Part shown: piece by piece, positions 13,640-25,033 of the stretch | Position numbering within the stretch: the first letter of the stretch is position 1 | Layout of the letters: every line of letters starts with the position of its first letter | Assembly: GCF_006345805.1 (NCBI RefSeq) | Contig: NW_021831966.1 | Location: 1 to 33,725, forward strand | Direction: 5' to 3' | Source of the DNA: Octopus sinensis | Lineage: Eukaryota | Length of the DNA stretch: 33,725 nucleotides | Position numbers and translations under genes: made by a program | The notes under the pieces: model-generated | What the model was told of the DNA's origin: nothing | What the model saw: only the letters and a program-made list of their open reading frames with translations | The model's database searches: none

Positions 13640-13680
13640 CTATACCTAGCGGAATCACTATACCTAGCGGAATCACTATA
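13640..13680. repeat. 18-bp tandem duplication
   Basis: CTATACCTAGCGGAATCA x2 plus CTATA. Confidence 0.9.
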
Positions 13681-13707
13681 TTTGTAAGTATGCATGTATG
13701 TATATGA

Positions 13708-14016
13708 GGAGGCGCAATGGCCTAGTGGTTAGAGCAGCGGACTCGCGGTCGCAGGATCGCGGTTTCGATTCCCAGACCGAGCATTGTGAGTGTTTATTGA
13801 GAGAAAAAACACCTAAAAAAGCTTCACGAGGCTCCGGCAGGGGGTGGTGATCCCTGCTGTACTCTTCCACCACTCTTTTTCCCACTCTTTCTTCTGTTGG
13901 CCTGCTCGCCTAGCCAGCGGGGTGGCGTCATTCGAAGGCTAAAACAATGCGAACGCATTGTGACCAGCGATGTGTAACAACATCTGAGGGTCTGGTCGGT
14001 CACGTGATCACGTGAT
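13708..14016 (+). mobile_element. SINE S3 head and body with an alternative tail ending GTCACGTGATCACGTGAT
   Basis: First ~190 bp match S3. The 3' part differs from the 21455 copy. Confidence 0.85.
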
Positions 14017-14072
14017 GTATGTATATATATTTATAATGATAATGTATGTGTATGTATGCATTTATATGTATG

Positions 14073-14112
<40 letters not shown>

Positions 14113-14572
14113 TATATTCAGAGATACATGCTCATATATATCTACTTGTGTGTGTATATCTGTGCGTGGGTTATTCGTGTAATTGTGCCTGTCTCTAGGT
14201 ATGTGTATCCGTGTGCATAATAGCGTACGCCGTCTGTTTCTTACAGACAATTGATTCAATGGCACGAGAAATATTTCGAAAAATAAATGCAAAACAGCAT
14301 AATGTTCAACACAATGTCAACAGTAAAAATAAACTGTTAGTAATATTGCTACACGAGTGAAAAATTGCACCAATTAACTAACAGATATGTCGAGACAGAT
14401 ATTTTGGAAATGTTCCCAACATATAAATTTATGAGTTCGACTATTACATATGTATATTTAACGCTCATATTTTGCTCCTATTTTATATTTGACAAGTTAA
14501 ACGTCTTCAGTCTGGGAGAAAAATGTCTTGAAAGAAATGCAGATGATTAATGAGGTGTACATTATTTATGGT

Positions 14573-14668
14573 GGAGGCGCGTGGCTTAGTGGTTAGGGTG
14601 TCAGCATGATGGTCGTAAGATTGTGTTTTCGATTCTTCGAGCGGGCGACGCGTTGTGTTCTTGAGCAA
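14573..14668 (+). mobile_element. tRNA-headed SINE fragment with CORE-like TGTGTTCTTGAGCAA
   Basis: A-box-like TGGCTTAGTGG and B-box-like TTTTCGATTC. Interrupted by the structured repeat at 14670. Confidence 0.7.
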
Positions 14669-14669
14669 T

Positions 14670-14955
14670 AATACAAAATGGGACAAGAACGCAAAACATC
14701 CGGACAGCCAGGTGATACAAAAAGGGACAACAAAACATCCAGGTAGATGATACAAAGAAAACAAGGATGGGTTATTCGAGGTTTTCTTTCCTCAGTCAAG
14801 CACCAGATTATCCTCGCAATTTCGGCTCATTATTCTTGAGATTGCTCCAATCTGGCCAACCCCAAGGAAAAACTAAGCTAAGAGCATTAGATTCCTTGGA
14901 AGAAAGCAGCAAATGCATACAAAAACAATGTTACACAAATATAAATACAATAAAA
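14670..14955. mobile_element. Structured interspersed repeat, copy 1
   Basis: The segment TCAAG-CCAGAT-CGCAATTTCGGCT-TCTTGAGATTGCTCC-ATCTGG-CCAAGGAAA-CTAAG-TAGAT-CCTTGGAAGAAAGC is shared with 30870-31270. Sits between two SINE fragments. Confidence 0.7.
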
Positions 14956-15231
14956 GTGTACCCTTAACGTAGTTCTCGAGGAGATTCAGCGTGACACAGA
15001 GTGTGACAAGGCTGGCCCTTTGAAATACAGGTACAAGAGAAACAAGAAGAAAGAGTGAGAGAAAGTTGTGGTGAAAGAGTACAGCAGGGTTCACCACCAC
15101 CCCCTGCAGAAGCCTCGTGGAGCTTTAGGTGTTTTCGCTCAATAAACACTCACAGTGCCCGGTCTGGGAATCGAAACCGCGATCTTACGACCGCGAGTCC
15201 TCTGCCCTAACCACTGGGCCATTGCGCCTCC
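14956..15231 (-). mobile_element. SINE S3, 3'-truncated
   Basis: Near-identical to 21570-21825. Confidence 0.88.
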
Positions 15232-15792
15232 ACAATCAACGTATATAAGATGAAAGATAAGTATCGACACGATTGTCACTTGTTATGTAATGTTCACCAC
15301 GTTGGATCCCTATTTAGGTCCGTCACATCAAAGACACATGGTACTTCTGTGAGACATACAAGATACATAAAGATACAGAAAGTGAGAGAGATAGAGTGTG
15401 CGAGTGAGAGAGACAAAGAGACAGAGAGAGAAGGATATACAGAGAAGTAGGAAGGCAAGATGAACGGGGGGTGGGGTGGGGGTGGAGAGATATAATGTCT
15501 AGAACTCTGATTGATCATGTGTGTCCTAAGAATATTCGTTTCATTGCACACAGAATGAAACTGTAAAGAACAGTAGAAGACCCACAATCTCTCGAATGAA
15601 TAATTTAGATTTTGTTGCAATATTTTAATTCAAATGATATTATTTCGCTTTAAATTAAAAATTTTAAAATACAATCAATATTTTGTAAACACCATTTTAC
15701 ATTTAAGTGCGTGTAATTTTAATGTGAGAGGGCCATTAACTCTGTTATATTTTCTTCAATTTATTCATGCTGTATTCCTGCCAAATCACTAA

Positions 15793-15794
<2 letters not shown>

Positions 15795-15853
<59 letters not shown>
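15795..15853. repeat. (TTA)n microsatellite
   Basis: Read directly from the sequence. Confidence 0.95.
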
Positions 15854-15856
<3 letters not shown>

Positions 15857-16349
15857 TTTTTCTGAAATAGATTAACGAAGTCAAATTTTAAGTCGATATA
15901 AACCAAGATTTATTGGCAATAATTTCACGAAAAATTTATGTAACGGTGCAGTAGAAAAGCCAGTAAAGACTTATTATAAATAAAACTTTATATATTGAGA
16001 GAGATTTGAGTGATAATAAAAGTTCCTTAACATAACAGCTATTAAACAGGATCAAAAAAACAATAACAAAAGAGATAATATATTTAATTGACCGGAATAT
16101 ATTTCCTAAGAGCCCAATTAAATTCATTGCTAATAGTGGTGATGGTTGCAGAGAAAGCTGAGTGTGACAAGTCATCCGTTGTTAATCCTTGTTGAACTGT
16201 ATGCTGTATCGTATAAATACTTCCGAAGTAATCACATTAACGTAACTCAAATATTTTTTCTTACCAGTTTCCTGTAAATTTATCTCTCGCTGTCTTCAAT
16301 ATATCAAAACTAGAATATATAATTATGCCCAAAATATTTGTATTTACAC

Positions 16350-16389
<40 letters not shown>

Positions 16390-16404
16390 TTCTCTTTCTG
16401 CTAT

Positions 16405-16444
<40 letters not shown>

Positions 16445-16610
16445 GTATATATATATATAATTCATAGCTATTTAATGCTATTGTGCATGCGATCTACCTA
16501 AGTCACTGCTGGTGGTACCATCAATTTTAAAATTTATCCACAGATGATACGAACAGTAGTGACATCTGATTTGGAACCTCAGTGTTTGAATCTTTTACTT
16601 ATATATATAT

Positions 16611-16815
16611 GTGACCTCGTGTGTACCGTTGTCGCTTTTTTTTCCTCTGTCTTCCCTTCTCTGGATCTTTCTTTCTCCTATGTTTCCGACGAAGAGCTCC
16701 GCTCGAAACGTTAGACCCTCCTTCTTTCCTTCTTTCCTAAGCGTCCAATAATACTATATTTGTTCCACGTCCTCGCGTTGTTGTGTTTTTTTTGTGCTTT
16801 CTTGTTTGGATTAAC
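16611..16815 (+). mobile_element. (TA)n-flanked short repeat, copy 2
   Basis: Same sequence as 4715-4934 but starts at GTGACCTCGTGTGTACC and ends at GGATTAAC. TA tracts on both sides. Confidence 0.75.
16682..16716 (+). ncRNA. Minimal hammerhead motif of the Penelope/retrozyme type (U4>C variant)
   Basis: GTTT-CCGACGA-A-GAGC(TCC)GCTC-GAAAC-GTT-AGAC, with palindromic AACGTT in place of helix III. A more decayed paralog lies at 4766-4800. Confidence 0.55.
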
Positions 16816-16867
16816 TATATATATATATATATATATGTATGTATATATAGATTGATAGATATATATG

Positions 16868-16911
<44 letters not shown>

Positions 16912-17129
16912 AATATACTCGTTTCTGTGTATCTATTTATATATAGGTATATGTATATATAAATGTTTATATACGTATTTATATGTGTAATATATGTGTG
17001 TGTGTGTTTGTATGTGCGTGTGTATCTATGTATATATCAATACATGCATGTATGTATGTATACATTATAACCATAAACACGAATACGTATGAATGTCTAT
17101 TTATTCGGTGTGTGGCTTTGTGGAATCTT

Positions 17130-17660
17130 TAATTTTGTATGAAGGAGTTAGGGCCTTCAGGGTCTTTATTTCTATATCTTCATGTCGTCCTTCACTGCCC
17201 CTAAGAGATAAATCAATTCACTACATTAGCATTTTCTTTCGTCTATTATACTTGCGTCTTTGCTGATGATATCGATGTAACACTAAGCTATCACCGTCAC
17301 TTTTCAAAGCTTACGACTTTGTGTTCCATCAGAGGTAGCAAATAAGTAGATATTTACACGGAGATAAAGACAGCTGATTAGCCTTCTCTGTTGCATATAG
17401 GATAATTCATTTTTCTCCTCGTTTTACATATTAAAAAGCTATTATTTCGTAAGTTAATCCTCGATATTTAAAAGGTGTCATTTTATTCGTCATCCTGCAT
17501 ATTTAAATGCTATATCACCCGTCACTCTATTTATTTTAAATACCACAAGTGACAACTAACTGTCTAAACACCTCAACACCAGCTTCCTAATTCGCTTCAT
17601 ATTTCTAAATGTCTTTGCTGATGCCAATAACGAATTTTCCATGATTATCTAAGAAAAAAA
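17130..17660 (-). pseudogene. Possible second decayed RTE-like LINE fragment
   Basis: Minus-strand remnants EVFR...NRVTGD and AVKDDMKI resemble the linker upstream of RTE RT. Many stops. Confidence 0.3.
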
Positions 17661-17685
17661 AATTGACAGGCACCTGAGTGGCTGT

Positions 17686-17740
17686 GTGGTAAGAAGCTTA
17701 ATTCCCAACCACATGGCTCCCAGTTTAGTCCCACTGCATA
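17686..17740 (+). mobile_element. SINE S1 head fragment, interrupted by an S2 copy
   Basis: GAGTGGCTGTGTGGTAAGAAGCTT...AGTCCCACTGC. Confidence 0.7.
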
Positions 17741-17937
17741 GCCCGAAATTTTTTTTTTGGGGGGGGGGGCCAGTCGATTACATTGGCCCCAGTACGTAAC
17801 TGGTACTTAATTTATCGACCCCGAAAGGATGAAAGGCTAAGTTGATCTCAGCGGAATTTGAACTCAAAACATAAAGACAGACGAAATAGCGCTAAGCATT
17901 TCGCTCGGCGTGCTAACGGTTCTGCCAGCTCGCCGCC
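17741..17937 (-). mobile_element. SINE S2, single copy
   Basis: Reverse complement of head GGCGGCGAGCTGGCAGAA plus body. Confidence 0.88.
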
Positions 17938-18355
17938 TGAACGATCGATGATAATTACTTCCAAAATTTACGACATGTTACGTGTCTATATATTTGAGTT
18001 AGAAGAATCAACGAGCTAGCAGAACCATTAACGGTAGAATAAAGCACCAGGTTAGTACAAGAGTCGATGTAATCTACTTACCCACTCTACATAAAATCTC
18101 TGGTTCTGTGCCAAAATTTCAAAGGATATATTTGGATCAGACTTTTCCTTACATAAACAAGCATTTGCATTTATACAATCTATTAATACAGATTATAAAC
18201 ACTAAAGTCTGTTAAGTAAATCACCAACGTTTTGTGAGTCTCGTTCAACAGTATGTCACCCGTTCAACCACAGTTGCTGCATTATTGTTTAGCTAATTGA
18301 CTGATAAACACAAACTGAGGATGTAGTTAGAGCGTTTGATGGAGTAGCTGAGAGA

Positions 18356-18570
18356 AGGGCGGCGTGCTGGCAGAAACGTTAGCACGCCGGGCGAAATATT
18401 TAGCAGTATTTCGTCTGCCGCTACGTTCTGAGTTCAAATTCCCCCGAGGTCGACTTTGCCGTTCATCCTTTCCGGGTCGATAAATCAAGTACCAGTTGCG
18501 TATTGGGGTCGATCTAATCGACTGGACCCCTGCCACCCAAATTTCAGGCCTTGTGCCTGGAGTAGAAAAG
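18356..18570 (+). mobile_element. SINE S2 with 18-bp TSD, inserted in an older S2-like copy that continues to about 18720
   Basis: GATGGAGTAGCTGAGAGA (18338-55) and GATGGAATAGCTGAGAGA (18571-88) flank the copy. Confidence 0.88.
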
Positions 18571-18817
18571 GATGGAATAGCTGAGAGACTGTTTCCAAGC
18601 ACCTGCACTCTGAGTTCAAATACAGGTGAGGTTAAATCTACAGCTCATCCATTTGAGGTCGATAAAAAATATATCCATCTGGGGCAGTGATTTAATGGAA
18701 CTGTCGGAAACCCTCAGCTTGATACCATACGGCATTTGATCTAGCGACTTAATTTCTGAGATCAAATCCCGTTTTTTACCTACTTTATTGGGAGACTTAA
18801 TCTATTTAAATGCCTCG

Positions 18818-19053
18818 AAAGCGGCGAGCTGGCAGAAACGTTAGCACGCCGGGCGAAATGCGTAGCCGTATTTCGTGTGCCGTTACGTTCTGAGTTCAAA
18901 TTCTGCCGAGGTCGACTTTGCCTTTCATCCTTTCGGGGTCGATTAAATAAGTAGCAGTTACGCATTGGGGTCGATATAATCGACTTAATCCTTTTGTCTG
19001 CTGTCCTTGTTTGTCCCCTCTACGTTTAGCCCCTTGTGGGCAGTAAAGAAATA
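18818..19053 (+). mobile_element. SINE S2 with 21-bp TSD
   Basis: TTAATCTATTTAA(A/G)TGCCTCG at 18797-18817 and 19054-19074. Confidence 0.92.
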
Positions 19054-19074
19054 TTAATCTATTTAAGTGCCTCG

Positions 19075-19259
19075 GCGATGGCTTATTGTTGTGTCGCTAA
19101 CAAGTTGGTTTCGCAACCGCATGGTTTCGGGTTCGGTTCCATTGCACGGCACCCCGGGCGAATTCTACTACAGCCTCCCTCTGACAAATGTGTTGGAAAT
19201 AAATTAAGTCGATGGAAAGCACGTGGAAGACCATGTGTGTATGATTGGGTGTGCGTATG

Positions 19260-19290
<31 letters not shown>

Positions 19291-19300
19291 TGTGTGTGTT
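19075..19300 (+). mobile_element. SINE S1-like, old diverged copy
   Basis: CAACCGCATGGTTTCGGGTTCGGTTCCATTGCACGGCACC followed by (GT)n. Confidence 0.55.
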
Positions 19301-20269
19301 ACAAATTTGTAACCGTCTCTCAAATCTTGACAACTCTGTTGATTTGTTTACGTTCCGGAAATTTATTAGTTCCCACAAAAAAGAAGAGAGAATTCGTCAG
19401 AGTAATTATCTGACTTCAAAGCAAGTAGCACCAGCATGGCCGCAGCTCTAATTACTCGAGCACAGAAAAAAAAACCCCAGTACAAATAGATAGATAAATA
19501 AATAAGTAAATACTAAATGAGAAATAAAGGAGAATTTGCTCATCAGAAGAAGAGAAAAAGAATTGCGAAGCTACCAGGAAAACTTATATTATATATATAT
19601 ATATATCCACACACACACACACATACACACACACACACACATCCTTTTAACATTAAAGCTATTGCGTATAGGACTTAATTTACACCGAAATGTGAAATAT
19701 AAGTAATAACAGAAATGAGAAAAATAAAGTAGAAAAAATAAAGATATAATTAAAAAAAGAAATAACACCTAAAAACAAAACGGTAAACAAGCTGAAATAC
19801 AGAAAAATACAGATATACAGAAAAAGGCAGATAATCATCCAGACCTGGTTAACACTTGTATTTAACTTCGTCTTACAAATTGGCGCCAGTAATCTGAAGG
19901 TAAAAAAAGTACCTGGGTGGGAGCGGCCCAATAATTTGCTCAGGGAACGCAGCTAATAGAATTTTATTAGTTATGACACTAAGAAGATTTAAAACATACC
20001 TCTTAGCATCTGTACCTGCCTGGAGGTAAATAACTTCATAAGTATCTTGTATTTCCTTATTGTGGGTTTTTCTTCGTGTTTTTTTTTTTAGCACTTCTAA
20101 AATGTCTGTTCTCGACGATCTACGAGTTGTTTATGTTGTTGCAATTATTGGAGAGGTGAATTTTTGTTGCCGTTGGGCGTTATAATGAGAAACTCCGGTT
20201 AACATGATGCTTAAAATGAAGCGGTTTGTACGTTCATAATCGTAAAAATACAAAGATCATAAAGAAAAA

Positions 20270-21240
20270 GGCGACGGGCTGGCAGAGACGTTAGCACGCC
20301 GGGCGAAATGCTTAGCAGTATTTCGTCTGCCGCTACGTTCTGAGTTCAAATTCCGCCGAGGTCGACTTTGCCTTTCATCCTTTCGGGGTCGATTAAGTAA
20401 GTACCAGTGACGCACTGGTGTCGATGTAATCGACTTAATGAGTTTGTCTGTCCTTGTTTGTCCTCTCTGTGTTTAGCCCCTTGCGGGTAGTAAAGAAATA
20501 GGTATTTCGTCTGCCGCTACGTTCTGAGTTCAAATTCCGCCGAGGTCGACTTTGCCTTTCATCCTTTCGGGGTCGATTAAGTAAGTACCAGTGACGCACT
20601 GGTGTCGATGTAATCGACTTAATGAGTTTCTCTGTCCTTGTTTGTCCTCTCTGTGTTTAGCCCCTTGCGGGTAGTAAAGAAATAGGTATTTCGTCTGCCG
20701 CTACGTTCTGAGTTCAAATTCCGCCGAGGTCGACTTTGCCTTTCATCCTTTCGGGGTCGATTAAGTAAGTACCAGTGACGCACTGGTGTCGATGTAATCG
20801 ACTTAATGAGTTTCTCTGTCCTTGTTTGTCCTCTCTGTGTTTAGCCCCTTGCGGGTAGTAAAGAAATAGGTATTTCGTCTGCCGCTACGTTCTGAGTTCA
20901 AATTCCGCCGAGGTCGACTTTGCCTTTCATCCTTTCGGGGTCGATTAAGTAAGTACCAGTGACGCACTGGTGTCGATGTAATCGACTTAATGAGTTTGTC
21001 TGTCCTTGTTTGTCCTCTCTGTGTTTAGCCCCTTGCGGGTAGTAAAGAAATAGGTATTTCGTCTGCCGCTACGTTCTGAGTTCAAATTCCGCCGAGGTCG
21101 ACTTTGCCTTTCATCCTTCCAGGGTCGATTAAATAAGTACCAGTTACGTACTGGGGTCGATATAATCGACTTAATCCGGTTGTCCGTCCTTGTTTGTCCC
21201 CTCCGTGTGTAGCCTCTGGTGGGCAGTAAAGAAAGAAGAA
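20270..21240 (+). mobile_element. SINE S2 (Meta-domain-like) with one head and five tandem 184-bp bodies
   Basis: GTATTTCGTCTGCCGCTACG recurs at 20318, 20502, 20686, 20870 and 21054. Body contains GCCTTTCATCCTTTCGGGGTCGAT..AAGTACCAG, which resembles the MetaSINE domain (from memory). Confidence 0.92.
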
Positions 21241-21454
21241 ACGTTATGCGGTAGACAGTCCTAACACTTGGCTCTAGTTTACAAATCGCAACTTCACTTA
21301 ATTCAATTCATAGATCAGAATATATCTACCGGTTATATAAGCTAATTAATTTAGTCAAATCTAGTTCCGTTTTCTGAAGTTGATTTTCCATATAATCTAA
21401 ACGAAATCATTATTATTCAATATCGAGAAATTTACTATGGTTTTCATTGATTAT

Positions 21455-21827
21455 GTGGTGGAAGCACTCCGTCGGTTACGACGACGAGGGTTCCGGTTGA
21501 TCCGAATCAACGGAACAGCCTGCTCGTGAAATTAACGTGTAAGTGGCTGAGCACTCCACAGACACGTGTACCCTTAACGTAGTTCTCGGGGATATTCAGC
21601 GTGACACAGAGAGTGACAAGGCCGGCCCTTTGAAATACAGGTACAAGAGTGAGAGAAAGTTGTGGTGAAAGAGTACAACAGGGATCACCACCATCCCCTG
21701 CCGGAGCCTCGAGGAGCTTTAGGTGCTTTCGCTCAATAAACACTCACAACGCCCGGTCTGGGAATCGAAACCGCGATCCTATGACCGCGAGTCCGCTGCC
21801 CTAACCACTGGGCCATTGCGCCTCCAC
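21455..21827 (-). mobile_element. SINE S3 (tRNA head), full length with 11-bp TSD
   Basis: Head GGAGGCGCAATGGCCCAGTGGTTAG with B-box GGTTTCGATTCC. TSD TCATTGATTAT at 21444-54 and 21828-38. Confidence 0.92.
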
Positions 21828-22147
21828 TCATTGATTATACAGTTTTGCTATATCACTAGTTGTTTTTGTTTTTGTTGCTTATCTTCTGTTGCTTATCTGT
21901 CCAGTGAATCGAGTTTTTCTATGTGTGATGCGTGGTGAGATAGGAAAAGGTATTCTTAAGAATTCAGCATATTTTGAAGATTTATTCCATAACACAGAAT
22001 AGAGAACATTCCGACTATTTTCATCAAATGTACTTTTTAGGTATTGTATTACTGGTATCAGTGTTTGGACTACTTTTATTCTGGGGTTCCGTGTTTTATA
22101 GTAGAACTTCTTACATTGACACTGTTTTGCTTCACCAACACCAGAAA

Positions 22148-22539
22148 TCTCTCTATATATAAAGCTGAAGTTGTCTGTGTATGGCAGGTTTGGTAGCCTT
22201 CAACTAACACTATCTCCACCGAGACCCTGCGGCGCAAGTTGACCAAAATTCAGAGTATGATAGAAGGAGGCTTGCTCTTCCTTCCGTAAAAGAAAAAAGT
22301 CAAATCGAACCATGTTAACACCAAAAATTAGTTACATCAAAAAGGTGCTTTTTTTCTATGAAAATCCCCATTTTTTACGATTTTTTGACTGCTGTGTCGC
22401 CATTTTTCGGTGTATTTCAACCAGAAAAATGTTCACTTAAAGAGAATAACAAGCTACATAATGCAAAAGTTTTACTTTTCAAAAATTCCAATTCTAAAGG
22501 GTCGGAACAAACCCGAGCAACGCCGGGTGATACTGCTAG
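22148..22539 (+). mobile_element. Non-autonomous Helitron
   Basis: A|TC 5' end (TCTCTCTATATATAAAGCTGAAGTTGTCTGT), subterminal hairpin CCCGAGCAACGCCGGG 22512-22527, and CTAG|T 3' end at 22536-22540. Confidence 0.8.
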
Positions 22540-23380
22540 TATGAAATAAAACTAAAAGCTGGACAAAATTGTAAATCAGAACATAAAGTTACGCAACGAA
22601 TACGAACATGTCTTATTTTTGAAACTCAACCGATGTTACCATGGAATCGAAATTTCTTCAGAATATGAAAGAACTACCGTATAAGTTAATGTAATCGAAA
22701 GCAAGTTATACTCATTATATTCGCCCAGCCAATTATCAAAACCAACGATGTTACATGACATGAACTATTCAATATACAATCTTATTCGAAGACAATTTAT
22801 GGCCGACAATATTCAAAATTTAGTGATAGTTTTACCGCCGATGTTGCTGTTATTTCGTGGCCACAAATAAATTCTGATCGAACAGAGATTGTCGATCCAC
22901 CAATGACGGTAAAACCCGATATACCTCTTTGACAAATATCACATGAATCAATGACTGAAGAATATTATGCGCAGCTCCATATAAAGTGATGAACTAAACT
23001 TCCGGGGTGAAACCATATGCATGTTGTAACTACACGACTTCGACATCGCGACAAAGTTATTCTGAAAATCAATCAACCATAAGAAATTTAAAACAAAAAA
23101 ATTTTTCTTCCACAAATGCAACAATCTGTTCAGCAACCAAATATTTCATTCGTCTGTTTTCTGTTGTATTATCGTACATTCATTCCTTAGCGTCAAATGA
23201 CAGCAGATTCTACTGCTGCTTGTTCCACATAAAATACGTTATATGTAGAAGAGCATTGCAAACAAGGCGATGGTTTTTCTTTTTAACCAACTATAGAAAG
23301 ATTTCTACTTCGGAAAAATCCAGTAAATATTTTGAGCTTGCCCCTTCAAGAAGCACATTTTTACTGATACTTACTAGATA

Positions 23381-23815
23381 GGCGCAGGAGTGGCTGTGTG
23401 GTAAGTAGCTTGTTTACCAACCACATGGTTACGGGTTCAGTCCCACTGCGTGGCACCAGGGCAAGTGTCTTCTACTATAGCCTCGGGCCGACCAAAGCCT
23501 TCTGAGTGGATTTGGTAGACGGAAACTGAAAGAAGCCCGTCGTATATATGTGTATATATATAAGTATATACGTGTGCGTGTATGTTTGTGTGTCTGTGTT
23601 TGTCCCCCCTAGCATTGCTTGACAACCGATGCTGGTGTGTTTATGCCCCCGTCACTTAGCGGTTCGGTAAAAGAGACCGATAGAATAAGTACTGGGCTTA
23701 CAAAGAGTAAGTCCCGGGGTCGAGTTGCTCGATTAAAGGCGGTGCTCCAGCATGGCCGCAGTCAAAAGACTGAAACAAGTAAAAGAGTAAAAGAGTAAAA
23801 GAGTAAAAGAGTAAA
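23381..23815 (+). mobile_element. SINE family S1 (tRNA head, CORE-like domain, internal microsatellite, GAGTAAAA tail), full length
   Basis: Head GGCGCAGGAGTGGCTGTGTGGTAAG, B-box-like GGGTTCAGTCCC, CORE-like GGCACC..GGGCAAGTGTCTT, tail (GAGTAAAA)n. Confidence 0.9.
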
Positions 23816-24152
23816 TTACCTAACATTACATATAGAAATACATAAATAAATACATGCATAGGTACGCAGATACATGCATACATACACACTAATACACACT
23901 AATACACACATATGTATGAATGGATGCACCCATGAGCCTGGCTAGGCTTCAAAAGGGCGCATAACATAACATAACATTGTTCAAGCACGTCATGGTTTAC
24001 TCTGAGTTAGTTCCCTTCACACCTTTTCATTTCGCATACATATACACATACATAGATACGTAATACTTAACCACATACATGAGCACTACAAGCATACGTA
24101 CATATATACATACTTCATGCATGCACGCATACATACATGCATACATACATAT

Positions 24153-24190
<38 letters not shown>

Positions 24191-24192
24191 AT

Positions 24193-24570
24193 CTTTTACT
24201 CTTTTACTTGTTTCAGTCATTTGACTGCGGCTATGCTGGAGCACCGCCTTTAGTCAAGCAACTCGACCCCGGGACTTATTCTTTGTAAGCCCAGTACTTA
24301 TTCCATCGGTCTCTTATGCCGAACCGCTAGGTGACGGGGACATAAACACACCAGCATCTGTTGCCAAGCAATGCTAGGGGGACAAACACAGACACACACA
24401 CATATATATATACATATATACGACGGGCTTCTTTTCCGCCTACCAAATCCATTCACACGGCTTTGGTCGGCCCGAGGCTATTGTAGAAGACACTTGCCCA
24501 AGGTGCCACGCAGTGGGACTGAACCCGGAACCATGTGGCTGGTAAGCAAGCTACTTACCACACAGCCACT
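24193..24570 (-). mobile_element. SINE S1, near full length
   Basis: Reverse complement of the 23381-23815 copy. Confidence 0.9.
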
Positions 24571-24716
24571 GGTTAATTCCGTAATGGAATCGGCGGCTTA
24601 TATTTATTTGCTGCCGATAAATTTGGCGCGAGTGCGATGATTTGAAAATTTTAGGTCAGATATTGCCGAGGCAGGGACGGGAATGCCTCGTGAAAAATAT
24701 CTGTTCCGACTTGGCT

Positions 24717-24823
24717 ATTTCTTACTGATGAATCTAAGGGCCTATGGTGGATTGGCTTGATTTAATTTAATCAGGTTAGTTTACCATTAAACAGTAGATG
24801 AAACGGTGCATCGTATAAGAAAT
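24717..24823 (+). ncRNA. Intact type I hammerhead ribozyme motif
   Basis: Helix I ATTTCTTA (24717-24724)/TAAGAAAT (24816-24823), 8 bp. Core CTGATGA 24725-24731. Helix II ATCTA (24732-36)/TAGAT (24795-99) closes a long G.U-rich hairpin. GAAAC 24800-04, near-palindromic helix III ACGGTGCATCGT, cleavage triplet GTA 24813-15. All conserved core nucleotides are present. Confidence 0.85.
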
Positions 24824-25033
24824 TACAGGGTAAATGTTTTTTAATTTTCTCCTGGTTTACGGAATTGATGTTATTTTGCGGTTAAAGCTTTTGGCTGTTA
24901 TTTCTAGTGGGTGAATGGCCTATTATGGCCGTTCCTTGATTGTGATATATATATATATATATATACAAAGGAGAATATTGTAGTTCGCTTAAAGCAGTTT
25001 GATTGTTTGCAAACAATAGTAATGAATAGTAAT

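Noticed and set aside
13708-13780. tRNA gene-like sequence with A and B boxes (also 21755-21825)
   Set aside because: No acceptor stem, and it continues into a repeated SINE body.
20318-21237. CRISPR-like regular array
   Set aside because: Whole 184-bp units are near-identical with no unique spacers; they are SINE bodies.
22960-23035. CTGAAGA...GAAAC pair
   Set aside because: Neither helix I nor helix II pairs.
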